The notes under the pieces are model-generated. The model saw only the letters and a program-made list of their open reading frames with translations, had not been told where the DNA came from and made no database searches. From Felis catus (lineage: Eukaryota), in assembly GCF_018350175.1 (NCBI RefSeq), contig NC_058383.1, positions 1,488,001 through 1,552,000 of the forward strand: a DNA stretch of 64,000 nt, given 5' to 3'. Each line of letters starts with the position of its first letter. Position 1 is the stretch's first letter. The translations under genes were made by a program, and so were the position numbers. Positions 13,200 to 24,270 of the stretch are shown here, piece after piece.

Positions 13200-16100
13200 T
13201 TGGCTACAGAGTTGGTATCAGTTATGCTCAAAAAAAAAAAAAATAAAAGCTTGTAAGAAATTGACGTGTAGCCTACATACAGAAAAGTTCGGAAACCCCA
13301 GGTTACCGCTCGGTGCGTTTCTGACGTGGTCTGGCCAGTACCGGGGTCCAGAGGAGGCAGGACGGCGCCCCGGGGCCTTCTCAGGCCTGCCTGGGCCAGT
13401 CCCCTCCCAGAGCAGTCAGTGTGGACCCTTCTGTCGCTGTGGGTCTGTCCATCTTTGCACGCTCGTGTGAGCGGACTCATAGGTCACGCGCTCTTTATGT
13501 CTGGCCTCTCGTGCTGAACATTTTGCTGGTGAGATTCACTTGCCCTTGGTGTTGGACGCGACAGTTTTCCTGTCCTCCCCGCCGAATGCCATTCCTGCTA
13601 TGGAGACACCCCGTCCGCGCCCCCCTTCTCCCGCTGGTAGACCTCCAGGCCGCGTGAGTTTGGGCTGCTCTGAACCGTGTTGTTAAGAGCACCCCCGACC
13701 GTGTGTTTACTGGATTTGTGTTTGTGTCTCCGTCTGGGAACGGACTTGCTGGGTCCGATCGCTCGCTGATCTTGAGCGATTTCCAAGTTGCAGAGTATTC
13801 ATCAACATCACCAAAATGACGGTGCAGTATTCCGTGAGGGTGTGCTATAATTGATGTAGTCATTCTCTCCCTTCGTGTTCTCTTCTATATTAAGTGGCTG
13901 TGGAGATCTTTGGCCATATATCTGTTCTCCTCTTTGGGGTTATTTCCTTATGATTGGTTCTTGGGAGGAAGCCTCCTGGCTCAAGGTCACGGGCTTTCCT
14001 CCCACACCCCCGTGATTTTGTACGGTTGCGAGACGTAACTCACGGTACGTGCAGGATAATACAGAAAAACCATGGATGAGGAACGGAAGGAAGAAACCAT
14101 CGAGCGGACGAATGAGTGACCACGGTCGAGGTTAAGACATGGTCCAGGGAGCCGGCACGGGTTCTCCTCCTCCCTGATCACAGCCCTGTTTTCCTTCCCG
14201 AGCGAGGCAGCTCGCATCCCCAAACAACTGCTCCTGGGTCAGCCTGTGTTTGACCTTCATAGAAATGTACCCGACCATCGCACACGTCGTCTCCTCTGGC
14301 CTCGTGCTGTCGACCGACGCCGTTTGGGGTCTGCCCACCGTCATGAGGTGCTCCTGGTACATCTTCGCTCGGTCCCAGAACTGGATCAGGGTCGTTTCCG
14401 GGGTGGGGCTGGGATGCACCTGTCCGGATCCCTTCCGGTGTGCGTGTGCGTAAGGTTTACACCCGGGAGAGGGGTCGCCCCTGGCGGTGCGTGCGGCTTC
14501 GCACCGCGTCGTGTCCCAGCGCGGTGGTAAACCTCACACCAGAGCAGAGGATGATGGCGATCCCTTCCGTAACACAAGGTGCCCTTCCGCTTTTGAAGCT
14601 TTCCTCCATGAGAAGCTGAGCGTCTCTTGTGGTTTGGGTTCCCGGTCATTAGGATGCCCTCGTCTGTGAAATGCCTTTTCAGGACCTCTCCCCGTTTCAT
14701 TACCGAGGCATCTCCCGTCTGCGTGAACCGGTAGGAGCTCACGGGTTCCTGGTGAGACAGCATTCTCTCTGCAAGTAGAAAGATGTCCACCTTTCCACAT
14801 TCGTGGCTTGCGTTCTTCCTCTTTCATGGTATATTTTGAAGGGCAGAGATTCTTTTACATAGTACGGTTTATCAACACGTTCTCAGGTGAGTGGGAAACA
14901 ACCCTTCCCTGCGTCCGGGGCATCAATCTATTTTTTTATGCTATCCTTCTAAAATATGCAAGTCCTTCTTTTCCCAGTTAGGTCCGTAATCAACCTGGAA
15001 TCCATTTTGTGTGTGGCGTGAGGTAGGGGTTGGGGTAGGGGTTCCCCCCCCTCCCCGTACGCAAATCCAACTTCTCGGCAAATTCTCCATTCCTTCCCTT
15101 GCCTCCTTTGTCCTATCAAGGGCTAATTCCTAGGTCAGTTTCTGAGTTTTCTGTTCTGATCCCTGGGTTCGTTTGTTCGATCTCGTAGCAAGACCACACT
15201 GGATCAGTTACTGCAGCTGCGTGATAAATTATAACTATCGGATAGAGTAAACCCCCCCCCCCCCCACTCAGCCTGGTTATTTACGGCCATAACTCAGAGT
15301 CAGCTTCTCAAGTTCCGTGCAAAGAAAAAAATCTGCTGGGAGTTTGATTGCAATTGCAGGGAATCTATAGATCAATTTGCAGTGTTGACTTTTTAATAAA
15401 TGTTTATTTTCTGCTTACTGCAGATGTATACAAATCCCGTCCATGTTTGTGTATGGATTTCATATTCAGCACTCTAAGTAAGCTCTCTTATCCATTACTG
15501 TATTTATGCGTTCTTTGGGATTTTTTTTTTATGCGCACAATTATACCACCTGTGAATAACTACAGTTTTGTTTCCTCCTTTCTGAAGTGTATCATTTTTA
15601 TTTCTTTTTCCTGCCTTACTAATGGCTGAGACCACTAGCGGAGCGTTGAACAGAGGTGATGGTAACTGGCATCCCTGTGCTGTTCCCGATCTCGAAGGAA
15701 AAGTTCTAGTTTACCATTTGGCGAGCTGTCTGCTGCAAGCTATGCTCATTTTGAGAGCTTTTGATCCGTATTGCCAAAGGACTTTCCAAAAGAACTCTGC
15801 CAGTCTCACCATGACCTTGCCAGCACTGGGTATTATCTTTAGAGGGTTTTTTGTTTGTTTGTTTGTTTGTTTGTTTTTTGGGGAGGGTGTTTTTGTTTTT
15901 AGATAGTTGTTTCTTTAATGAGCCTAAATGGTGTCTGACTGCATTTTTTAATTTGCATTTCCCTGATTATGCAAGAGGCTGAGCATTGCCCCACGTATTT
16001 GTTAACCACCTGTATTTTCTCCTGTGTGTCTGTTCCTCTATCCATTTGTTTATGCATTGTTGGTGGTTCCCTAATTAATTGGAACGCGTCCTTTACATAA

Positions 16101-16420
16101 CGAAGACAGGTATCAGTGCCCTGTCACGTTTGCTACACATAGTTCCCCCTGTATGTTGTATATCTTTTAATTTTTGTTGTTTTCTTATGCTCCTTTTCCT
16201 TGTTTTATATGGTCAAATCTTCTCTTCTTTCACAATTTATTCTATTCCTCTGGAACCTGGAAAGCCTGTCTCCCTCCTGAGGACTGATAAGTATTGAATT
16301 CTGTTTTCATCTAGCTTTTTTTTTTTTATGGCTTAATATTTCATATTTAACTGTTTACTCCATCTGGAATTTGTGGGGCTGTGGGGTGTGAAGCTAGGAG
16401 TTAATTGCTCCTCACAGTTT
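13200..16420 (-). mobile_element. Highly diverged L1 3' fragments (L1ME-like), partly GC-shifted
   Basis: Remnants such as GTGGCGTGAGGTAGGGG, TGCTGGGAGTTTGATTGCAATTGCA, TTTAATTTGCATTTCCCTGATTA and TGTCTGGCCTCTC...AACATTT...GAGATTCAC. Confidence 0.7.
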
Positions 16421-16639
16421 ACCGGGGGAAGGGGCCTCATTTGCACTTCCAAGTCTCAGGGCTCTGGCTTTCCCACGACGTCGCTGCCGCGGAGGCTGAG
16501 TGGGAAGAGATTAAAGGGAGGAGGGAAGAGGAACCGTGTGCAGCCGGCACTGGGATTGCGAAGCGAAGCCGTAATCACCACTGGGACAGTCCTGTTAGCC
16601 GCCGCTGCCCGACTTTCAGGCAAAAGCAGAGGCTGTTAG

Positions 16640-16860
16640 CCCAGTTTAGCAATATCCTAGGGCAAGTCTCCGAATGCATTTGGGACTCAGTTTCCTCATC
16701 TGCAAAATGGGGTTACTCATGACACCTGTCAAGTCACGCATTGGAGCCCACCCTGCAAACAGCAAGAGGTCAGACACAGCCGGCACGGACCCTGGCTTCT
16801 CTGTGTGACCTGGGGCGGATGACGTCACTTCTCTGAGCCTCAGTTTCTCCGTGAGGAGGG
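16640..16860 (+). mobile_element. MIR fragments
   Basis: GGGCAAGTC...CTCAGTTTCCTCATCTGCAAAATGGG and GTGACCTGGGGC...TCACTTCTCTGAGCCTCAGTTTC. Confidence 0.7.
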
Positions 16861-17236
16861 GGCGCCTGTGTGGTCTCCGGGTCGGGTCCTGGCCCAGCTG
16901 GGATGTGGGAAGGAGAGCAGGACAGGAAGGGAAGGGCATGTGGGGCCACCTCCTTCTCCCAGCCTGACGGGGTGGGGGTCGCGCCCCTCCCCCCAGCCCC
17001 CCAGCAGCGCCCACAGAAACAGCGCCCACCATGCACACTCAGTCACACACAGCCAGCCACGTGCACGGATCACAGACACACGCAACACCAGACACGCACT
17101 CAGATACACAAACACACACCCAGAAACAGGCACACGTGGACCCAGCACGTATGGTCAGGCACACACGGACCCGTGAGTCAGAAACACACACAGTCTAATG
17201 CACCATCAACACCGACACGCAGAGACAATAGACCCA

Positions 17237-17294
17237 GCGCGCGCGCACACACACGCACGCGCGCACACGCGCCACGCACGCACGCACGCACGCA
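17237..17294. repeat. Compound (CG)n/(CA)n/(CACG)n alternating purine-pyrimidine microsatellite
   Basis: GCGCGCGCGCACACACACGCACGCGCGCACACGCGCCACGCACGCACGCACGCACGCA. Confidence 0.9.
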
Positions 17295-17483
17295 TCCAAC
17301 TGGCAGAGCTGTGTGCCAAGCCACAGCTGGTCTTCGGCTCTCCTGCCCTCCCCCTACATCTCAGCACCCGGCCCCCCCCCCCCCCCCGCAGCCCCTCCCA
17401 GCCTGTCTGAGCGGCTCCCACACCTGTGGGTCTCACCTGCCCTGGCCCAGCACCTGTCGGGCCTGGCCCCCCCAGCTCCTGCC

Positions 17484-17670
17484 ACCTGGGGCGGAGCGAG
17501 ACCCTAGGCCACACCCCTTCCCCACTGGGCATTCTTTCTTTGGACCCGCCTGGCAGGGCTGTGACCTGGGGCGGAGCGAGACCCTAGGCCACACCCCCTC
17601 CCCACTGGGCATTCTTTGGACCCGCCTGGCAGGGCTGTGACCTGGGGCGGAGTGAGATCCTAGGCCACAC
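17484..17670. repeat. Local tandem repeat, about 2.4 copies of a 76-80 bp unit
   Basis: ACCTGGGGCGGAG(C/T)GAGA(C/T)CCTAGGCCACAC starts at 17484, 17564 and 17640. Confidence 0.95.
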
Positions 17671-18794
17671 AGCTTATGCACCCCAGAGGCGGCCCCCTCC
17701 ATGTGGTCCGCGCATGTTCACGGGTGTCACGCAGGCCTGGGACCAGCATGGGACCTGCCACCTGGAGCCTTGCGAGGGCTGGCCTAGGAGGGGTCCAGCA
17801 GCCACAGTCAAGACCCTTTGGCATGGAGCTTACCCTGACGCCTCCCCACCACCCTGTGGGCAGAGGGGAGAGGTGGGGGGTGGGAGGGCCGGAGCAAGGT
17901 CACTGGGGGGCAGAGGTGAGCTCAGAACCTGATGTGGGGCACGCACGCCCTCAGGTTGCCCCAGGAAGACTCCATCCACCATAGAACCCGCGGAGGGGTC
18001 TGCTTGGGATTCTAAGCAAGACCCCTGCGCACCTTGGGGTGGTTTGGCCTGCCTGCCTGCCGACCTCCTCCACTTGCCACGCGGTTCTGGCTCCGCTCTG
18101 AGTTGGACGAGTCCCACCCACCCATTCCTCCTCCGTGGGGTCAGTGCTGGCCCCCCGGGCTCACAGTAGGCGCCTGACTAATGCTGCTGAGTAGACAGGG
18201 GACTTGAGCGGGTGCATCCCGATTGCTGAGGGCCCACGTGCGCCAGGCCGTGGGCTCTGCCACTGAGGGAAGAAGACTGGCTGTGCCCTCCAAGGCTCAA
18301 GGTCAGCCCGGGCCTGCTGGAATTCTTGGTCCGGGCAAGGGCAGGCATGCCTGTCCCATCAGGGTGTTTGGGAGGTGACATTGGGCTTGGGCCATGAATG
18401 GTAAGGATCTAGTCGTGGGTAGATCTGGGAGGAAGCCTTCCATGCAAGGAGATACCTATGCAAAGGTCCTGAGGTGGCCACATGCTGGGGGGGGGGTGGG
18501 GAATGTGTTGGAGAAACAAAGCCTGGAGGAGCGTAGGGGGGCATCTGCAGTGCCCCGCGGCACCCAGCAGCACCCCCAATTCCCAGGTGGGGGCCTGGCT
18601 CCTTAGAGGGGAGGCCGGGCCAGGTAGTGGGGAAAGGCAGACCGAGGACAGCATCGTCCTGCCCGGGGTCCTCCCCTGCTCAGCTCCGGTGGGCGGTGGG
18701 CGGGCGGGATGGGGACTGGGGACCCCGCGGGTTGGGCAGGCACAGCTGTGGGGAGGCCAGGCTGCTGACATCAGCAGGAGCCCCTCCTCCTCAC

Positions 18795-18890
18795 CTCGCT
18801 AAACAATCATTGCACAAAATATGCAAATAGTATAATTACTGTTATTTGTTTTGCTGATATAAGTGTTTGAAATGCAAATGTCAAGTTTGG
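18795..18890. promoter_or_regulatory. AT-rich candidate enhancer with two octamer (POU) motifs plus SOX/FOX-like sites
   Basis: ATGCAAAT at 18821-18828 and 18872-18879; TAAACAAT at 18800-18807; TATTTGTTT near 18843. Confidence 0.55.
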
Positions 18891-21055
18891 GCCCAGTCGC
18901 TTTCCCCACCCCTCACCCTGACGTTCGCAAGTCTACGCTGAGCCCTGGAAGGCGGAGGAGGATGTGGGGCACCCCTCCCACCTCCTCCTCCAGAGGCCGC
19001 TGCCTCTGCATCCTCAGGGGCCCTGGGTGTGTGTGTGGGGCTGCCGGGACCCCTCCCCGACGGCGCACAGGGGAGGGAGGCCTCGTATCCACTCCCTCCC
19101 CGCTGTGTGATCTGGGGCCGGTTCTGCTTGGCGTCTCGGAACCTCGGTTTACCTGTCTTTGTAATGGGATCCACTCTGGCCCTGACGCAGTTCGACTGAT
19201 GGGTTTGGGCCTCAGTTTTCCATCCACAGATTCCTGCGTGGGTATGCGCCCGTCTATAACCTGGGGACTTATGGCTCCCGGAGGGTTTTGGGGGGGCCCT
19301 AGTGCACCCCCAGATGCAAGGTGTGTGTGTGTGCATTTTGCGGGGTGGGTCCTCGCCTTTGGCCCCTCCAGCCCAGGTGGTCTCAGAGGCTTTGGGTCCC
19401 CAAGGCCTGAGTTCAGACAAGCCTGGGCTGTGACCCAGCGTGAGGTGCTCATCATCCTCCCGATTCTGCAGAGGGGAAACTGAGGCGCGGCCTTCCAGGG
19501 CTCCTCCTCTCTGGCCTCCTGCAGCCTGCGCCACCCAGAACCTCCCCTAACCCACCTGCACCTGACAGCCCCCAGGGCCGGGGTCTCCCCGTGTGTCTCC
19601 TGAACCCCAGTTGCCTCAGAAGCCACGGATCCCCTGTGGGTGAGGTGTTCGCACCCGTGGATTTCCAGAAGCAGTGCCACGCTAATGCTCTCCAACCAGC
19701 TCGCTTCCTGTAAGAACTCAGCCCGAGGCCTCTTGCCAGGCCCTGCGGGCCGACGGGAGCTCGTGGCTGGTGCCAGGACTGGCACCAGAGAGATGCCCTG
19801 GTGGGCAGATTGGGGCAAGCGGAGGTGGGATCCTGAGGTAGGCGGGTCAGGGTGCAGGGGCTGCATACCAGCCTGGAGGCCCCCGTGCGGCTCAGCCCCT
19901 CCGGGCCCTGTGCGGGCGGCTGCGGGGCAGCGTGCTGGGTGCTGGGTGCCGGGTTGCAGCTCAGGTCCAGGCAGAGCGGACGTGCGGATGCCTGAGGCCG
20001 GTGTGCCTGTGAGGAGAGTGTGTGTGCGTGCACAGGCGTGCATGCGCGTGTACGTGTGTGTGAGCATGCACGTGTGAGCTGTGGGTCCGCAGGGCATGCT
20101 GGTGGCAGTGAAAGCTCCAGGCCAGGCACCTGGCACTCAGGTCTCAGAACACAGACCACTCACCGGCTGAGAGGGACCTGGGAGCTCCCTGTGGGGTGGC
20201 CTAGCTTCTGCTCGCGTGCGCGGTGGCCCGGGCTCACATTCCCCCTCCGGACGGCCTTGCTGAACCCAGGCCCTGGCCCTGCGTGGGGCCAGCGGAGACT
20301 GCAGCCCGCCCCGTGGTTCTGAGGCTGTTTCCTGTGTGACTTGGGACTCTGCAGAGCGGGGCTGGGTATACAGTGGGCACTCAGCGAGCACGCATTCTCG
20401 CTTCTCTGGGGCTTCGCTAGGTGAGGCACTGGGCTGCGTAGCTGGGGCTGCGAGGACCCTGGAGAGGACAAAAGTCGCTGGCCAGTGGATGCTCCAGGAG
20501 GCGGCCAGCGTGCACAGAGGCCGGGGGTGGGGTGGGAAGGAGGCGTCCTGGCCCCTGGGCTGTGGGTTCAGCCTGGAAGCTTCCTCCAGGGCCGGCGGGC
20601 CCGAGCTTCTGAGCTCCTTCTTTTTATCCCAATTACCTTTTCCAAGACAGGTTTGGCCTTGTTAGCATATTCAAATGCAGCCCATTATTATTTCAATTAG
20701 CTGTTAGGTAATTAGCTCTAATGGATGAGCATTCCCCCACCTCCCCACGTATTTTTTGGTTATTTACATCCGCTTCTAAGCCACAATTTCAGGTAATTAC
20801 GTGCCACTCACTCATCCGCTTGCACACGCGCTCCCACAGGTTCCTTCTCGCCTTTCAATCCCGCTCCCGGCCCAGGAGCCTGGGGGGTTTTGGGGGTGTG
20901 TGCAGACCGGGGGCGGGGGGAAGGGGGGGAACCACCCTGGCTCCTGCCCAGGCCCTCCTGAGGGTCACCGCTCAGCCTGTAGGGCCTCAGGGTGCGCTAG
21001 CTTGCTTCTAGAACCCCCTCGTCCGGAAGGTGCCATTGCCTCTGGGCACCCCTCT

Positions 21056-21335
21056 GTGCCCCCTAGTGGTGCCCCCCCCGTGCCCCCTAGTGGCGGTCCC
21101 CCTCCATGGCCCCTAGTGGAGCCCCCCCTCCGTGCCCCCTAGTGGCGCCCCCATGCCCCCTAGTGGCGCCCCCCTCCATGCCCCCTAGTGGCGCCCCCCT
21201 CCGTGCCCCCTAGTGGCGCTCCCCATGCCCCCTAGTGGCGCCCCCCCTCCGTGCCCCCTAGTGGTGCTCCCCATGCCCCCTAGTGGCGCCCCCTTTGCCC
21301 CCTAGTGGTGCCCCCCCTCCGTGCCCCCTAGCAGT
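21056..21335. repeat. Minisatellite (21-26 bp period, about 12 units), nearly every unit carrying a CTCF core motif
   Basis: TGCCCCCTAGTGG occurs 10 times, plus TGGCCCCTAGTGG once and a degenerate TGCCCCCTAGCAG. The reverse complement CCACTAGGGGGCA matches the CTCF core CCASYAGRKGGC. Confidence 0.9.
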
Positions 21336-21928
21336 GTCCCCCTCCCCAGCTGGACTACAAGCCTTCTTTAACACACGTGGAGTGTGGTGGCATCGTGGCC
21401 CCAGGCTTTGCCCCGACGCTGCACCTTTGTGTGTGTCCTGGCAAGAAGATACCCTCTCAGCCTCGGTTTCCCTGTCTGCAAAACGGGGACCAAATGAGTG
21501 GAGAGTGTGGGCGAATGGGGTGGTGCATCCAGGTGCTCAGCAAGCACCCTGTTCATTGTCACTGGGGTTGATCCGGTGACGGAAGGCAGGAATGAATGAG
21601 TGATCCAGCCCCCGGGGCAGGTGAGGAGGCCCGGCTGTGGGCAGATGGCCCATTATGGCAGTCACAGCGCGGGTGTGCTTCCCGGCTGGTCCCTCCTGAG
21701 TGGTGGCCTGGTCTGGACTCCCTGCCCTCCGCTCCCAGCAGGGATGCTCTGGGGTGGAGGTGGGGGTCTGCAGGGAGGGGCCTGCCTGGGAGGGAGCACT
21801 GGACGTGCCCGGGGGTCTTTGCTCAGCCTGCCTCCGTCGGGGCGGCCAAGGGAATCAGAGCCAGTCTCCCCCAACACCTGGGCCACGGGGTGGGGGGCAG
21901 CTGTGACCCAGCCGCCCCCCGCCCCCGC

Positions 21929-21975
21929 CGTCCGTCCGTCCGTCCGTCGTCCGTCCGTCCGTCGTCCGTCTGTCC
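21929..21975. repeat. Imperfect (CCGT)n microsatellite
   Basis: CGTCCGTCCGTCCGTCCGTCGTCCGTCCGTCCGTCGTCCGTCTGTCC. Confidence 0.9.
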
Positions 21976-22626
21976 ATCCATGCTCTGCCTGCGGGTTCTT
22001 CTCCCCTCACTGGTGTGGCCTCATCGTGTATGGGGGAGTCCCGGCCTCCCGTGGAGGTCTGTGCAGTCAGCACAGAGTGATGGTGTCCCCGTGGCTCCTG
22101 CACCTGCTCACCACTGTCCCCGTTCTGTCTCGATGCAGTGGCAGCTGCCCTGGTGACTGGCCTACACTTCGCCTGGACCCATATCGTCCCCCCGGCCGTG
22201 GAGTGAGGAGGAGGTCCGCATGAGCCCCGCGGGAAGGACCCCACCAGCCTGCACTGGGACGCGCCAGGTCACGGGCGGGCCCTGACCCGAAGGTAAGGGG
22301 GGGTGCTCTCAGCGCGGGGGAGGGCCAGTGCATGCTGGCCTGGAGACAGACAGGGTCAGATCTGCCGGAAGCAGGCGTCGCCGGTCGCAGGTGCCGCCCC
22401 TCGGCCGGAGAGCGTGGGCAGAGGAGGCCTGAGCCACCTCCGGGTTGGAGCAGAGGAGCTGGGGGCTTGGGGCTCGGGGCCTGCCCGCCGTCCTCCCCGG
22501 ATGCGTCCAGTGCTCTCCCGCCATTTTATGGGAACGGGCGTGTTACAGTGCGTTTGCGTTGTGCAGCGTGTGAAGGATGCAGCGTGTGTGAATACCGACG
22601 GATACCGTGTATTTGAAAAACAGGTT

Positions 22627-22806
22627 ATTTTTTTAATGTTTATTTTTTGAGAGGTTGGGCTGGGGGAGAGAATCCCAAGCAGGCTCCACGCTGTCAGCCC
22701 AGATCCTGACGCGGGGCTCGACCCCAAGAATAGTGAGATCATGACCTGAGCGGAAATCAAGAGTCGGAGGCTTAGCCGACTGAGCCCCCCACCCCAGGTG
22801 CTCCCC
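22627..22806 (-). mobile_element. Can-SINE (older, internally shortened)
   Basis: TTTTAATGTTTATTTTTTGAGAG...AGAATCCCAAGCAGGCTCC...GATCATGACCTGAGC...CCCAGGTGCTCCCC. Confidence 0.9.
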
Positions 22807-24124
22807 AAAATGGGTTCTTACCTGGGAAAATGATCCAAGATGCTGAATCGAATGCCTAGGGCTTTGAGGCTGCTACCCCAGTGGCACCGTGGCCGTCCTG
22901 CTGACCCGGCTGTGCTGCGTCCGCTGGGGGCTTGGCTTCCTTGGTGCTGTCAGAAACCAGATACCCCCTGCGCCTCGGGGTTCGCCAGGCCGTGGGCACG
23001 TCGCGCAGTCCTGGGACTGATGTGCAGGTTTTCCGGCGCTGGTGCTGGTGCCTGGAGGTGGCCCGGCCCGTGGAGCTAGCTTGTCCTGTCTCATGTGACC
23101 AGCAGTGGGTGAAGACTCCAGACACTGAAAAGTGGGCTTCGGGGTCTCGGGTTCTGCAATACATCGCTCGCCTGCTGTGTTCCGGCATTGAGGAATTCTG
23201 TGGATTGGGTTTATTTAAAGTGACTTTGGTGCTTAGGCTCTGTGGGTTCTAACAGACCACGAGAGGAGGCATCCGGGCCTTCATTAAATGAAGGAGCAGA
23301 GACTCCTTCTAGAACCTCCAAAGGCATGCCCTTTCCTGCTGGTGGTCGCGTGGCTCCCCAGCCTTCTCCGAGGCTTCTGGGAGGGGACCGTGGAGGGGGT
23401 CCACCTTGAGAAAAAGGGCAGGGCGAGCAGTGGGGGAGGGAGCCCTGAGGTGGGGCAAGCCCCGGTGAGGTTCAGGGCCAGAGCAGGGGGCGTGTGGGAG
23501 GCGGGGCGAGAGGGCTGAGTGGGGCCACCAGGCGGGTTGGGCCGCCTGGTCACTGTTCCTCCAGCCGTCTCTTGAGTGCCTGCTGTTTGCCAGGCCTGGG
23601 CACCGTCCCTCTAGGAACGCCTAGAAGGAGGGTAGGGTGTGAGGATGTGCGTCCATTCCCCGCCGCGGCCGCGTCCCTCCAGCTGACCTGAAGAAAGTCT
23701 GGGGTGGGGGGCTGAGTTCTGACCCTGTCACCACCATTCACTCCAGGGGACAGTGCCCAGCACCTGCCCCTCCGTAGACCTCGGTTTCCCTGTCTGAAAC
23801 ATGGGCGTGTCCCCAAGGACTGTCCTGACGCGTGTCCCCTGTGGCGAAGGGTTGCTGAGAGGGCGGGGTGGGTGGTCTGGGGTCAGGGTCCGCTCTAACC
23901 ACACCAGTACCTTGAGATGCTTGGCCGCGCTGATCTCAGACCCGGGCCGTGGCCGTGGGGGCCGGAGATGGCACGGGCCAGCCAGAGCAGGCCTTTGGCC
24001 GAGACCCCTGGCAACGGCCTTGTGCCTTCCCACCTCAGCCCTTGTGTGGAACACCGTCTCCCCAGTCCGTCTGTCCTGGGGGTGACTTTGGTGCCCGCCA
24101 GACCTCATCCTGCTGACGTTTGGA

Positions 24125-24270
24125 TGTAACATCTTGGAAAAGTCACTTACCATCTCCGACCCCCCGTTTATCATCTGTAAAGTGGAGGTGGCAACCTCTT
24201 GTGTGAGGGGAGCCTTCACTGGGATGTGCGAATTATTTGTATACAGTAGGCACTCAAGAAACGGTGCTGG
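24125..24270 (+). mobile_element. MIR fragment
   Basis: CTTGGAAAAGTCACTTACC...TTTATCATCTGTAAAGTGG...ACAGTAGGCACTCAAGAAA. Confidence 0.65.

Noticed and set aside
21056..21335. CRISPR-like array (short conserved repeat with variable gaps)
   Set aside because: The gaps are only about 8-13 bp, C-rich and similar to one another rather than unique spacers; there are no cas genes and the context is mammalian. It is a minisatellite.
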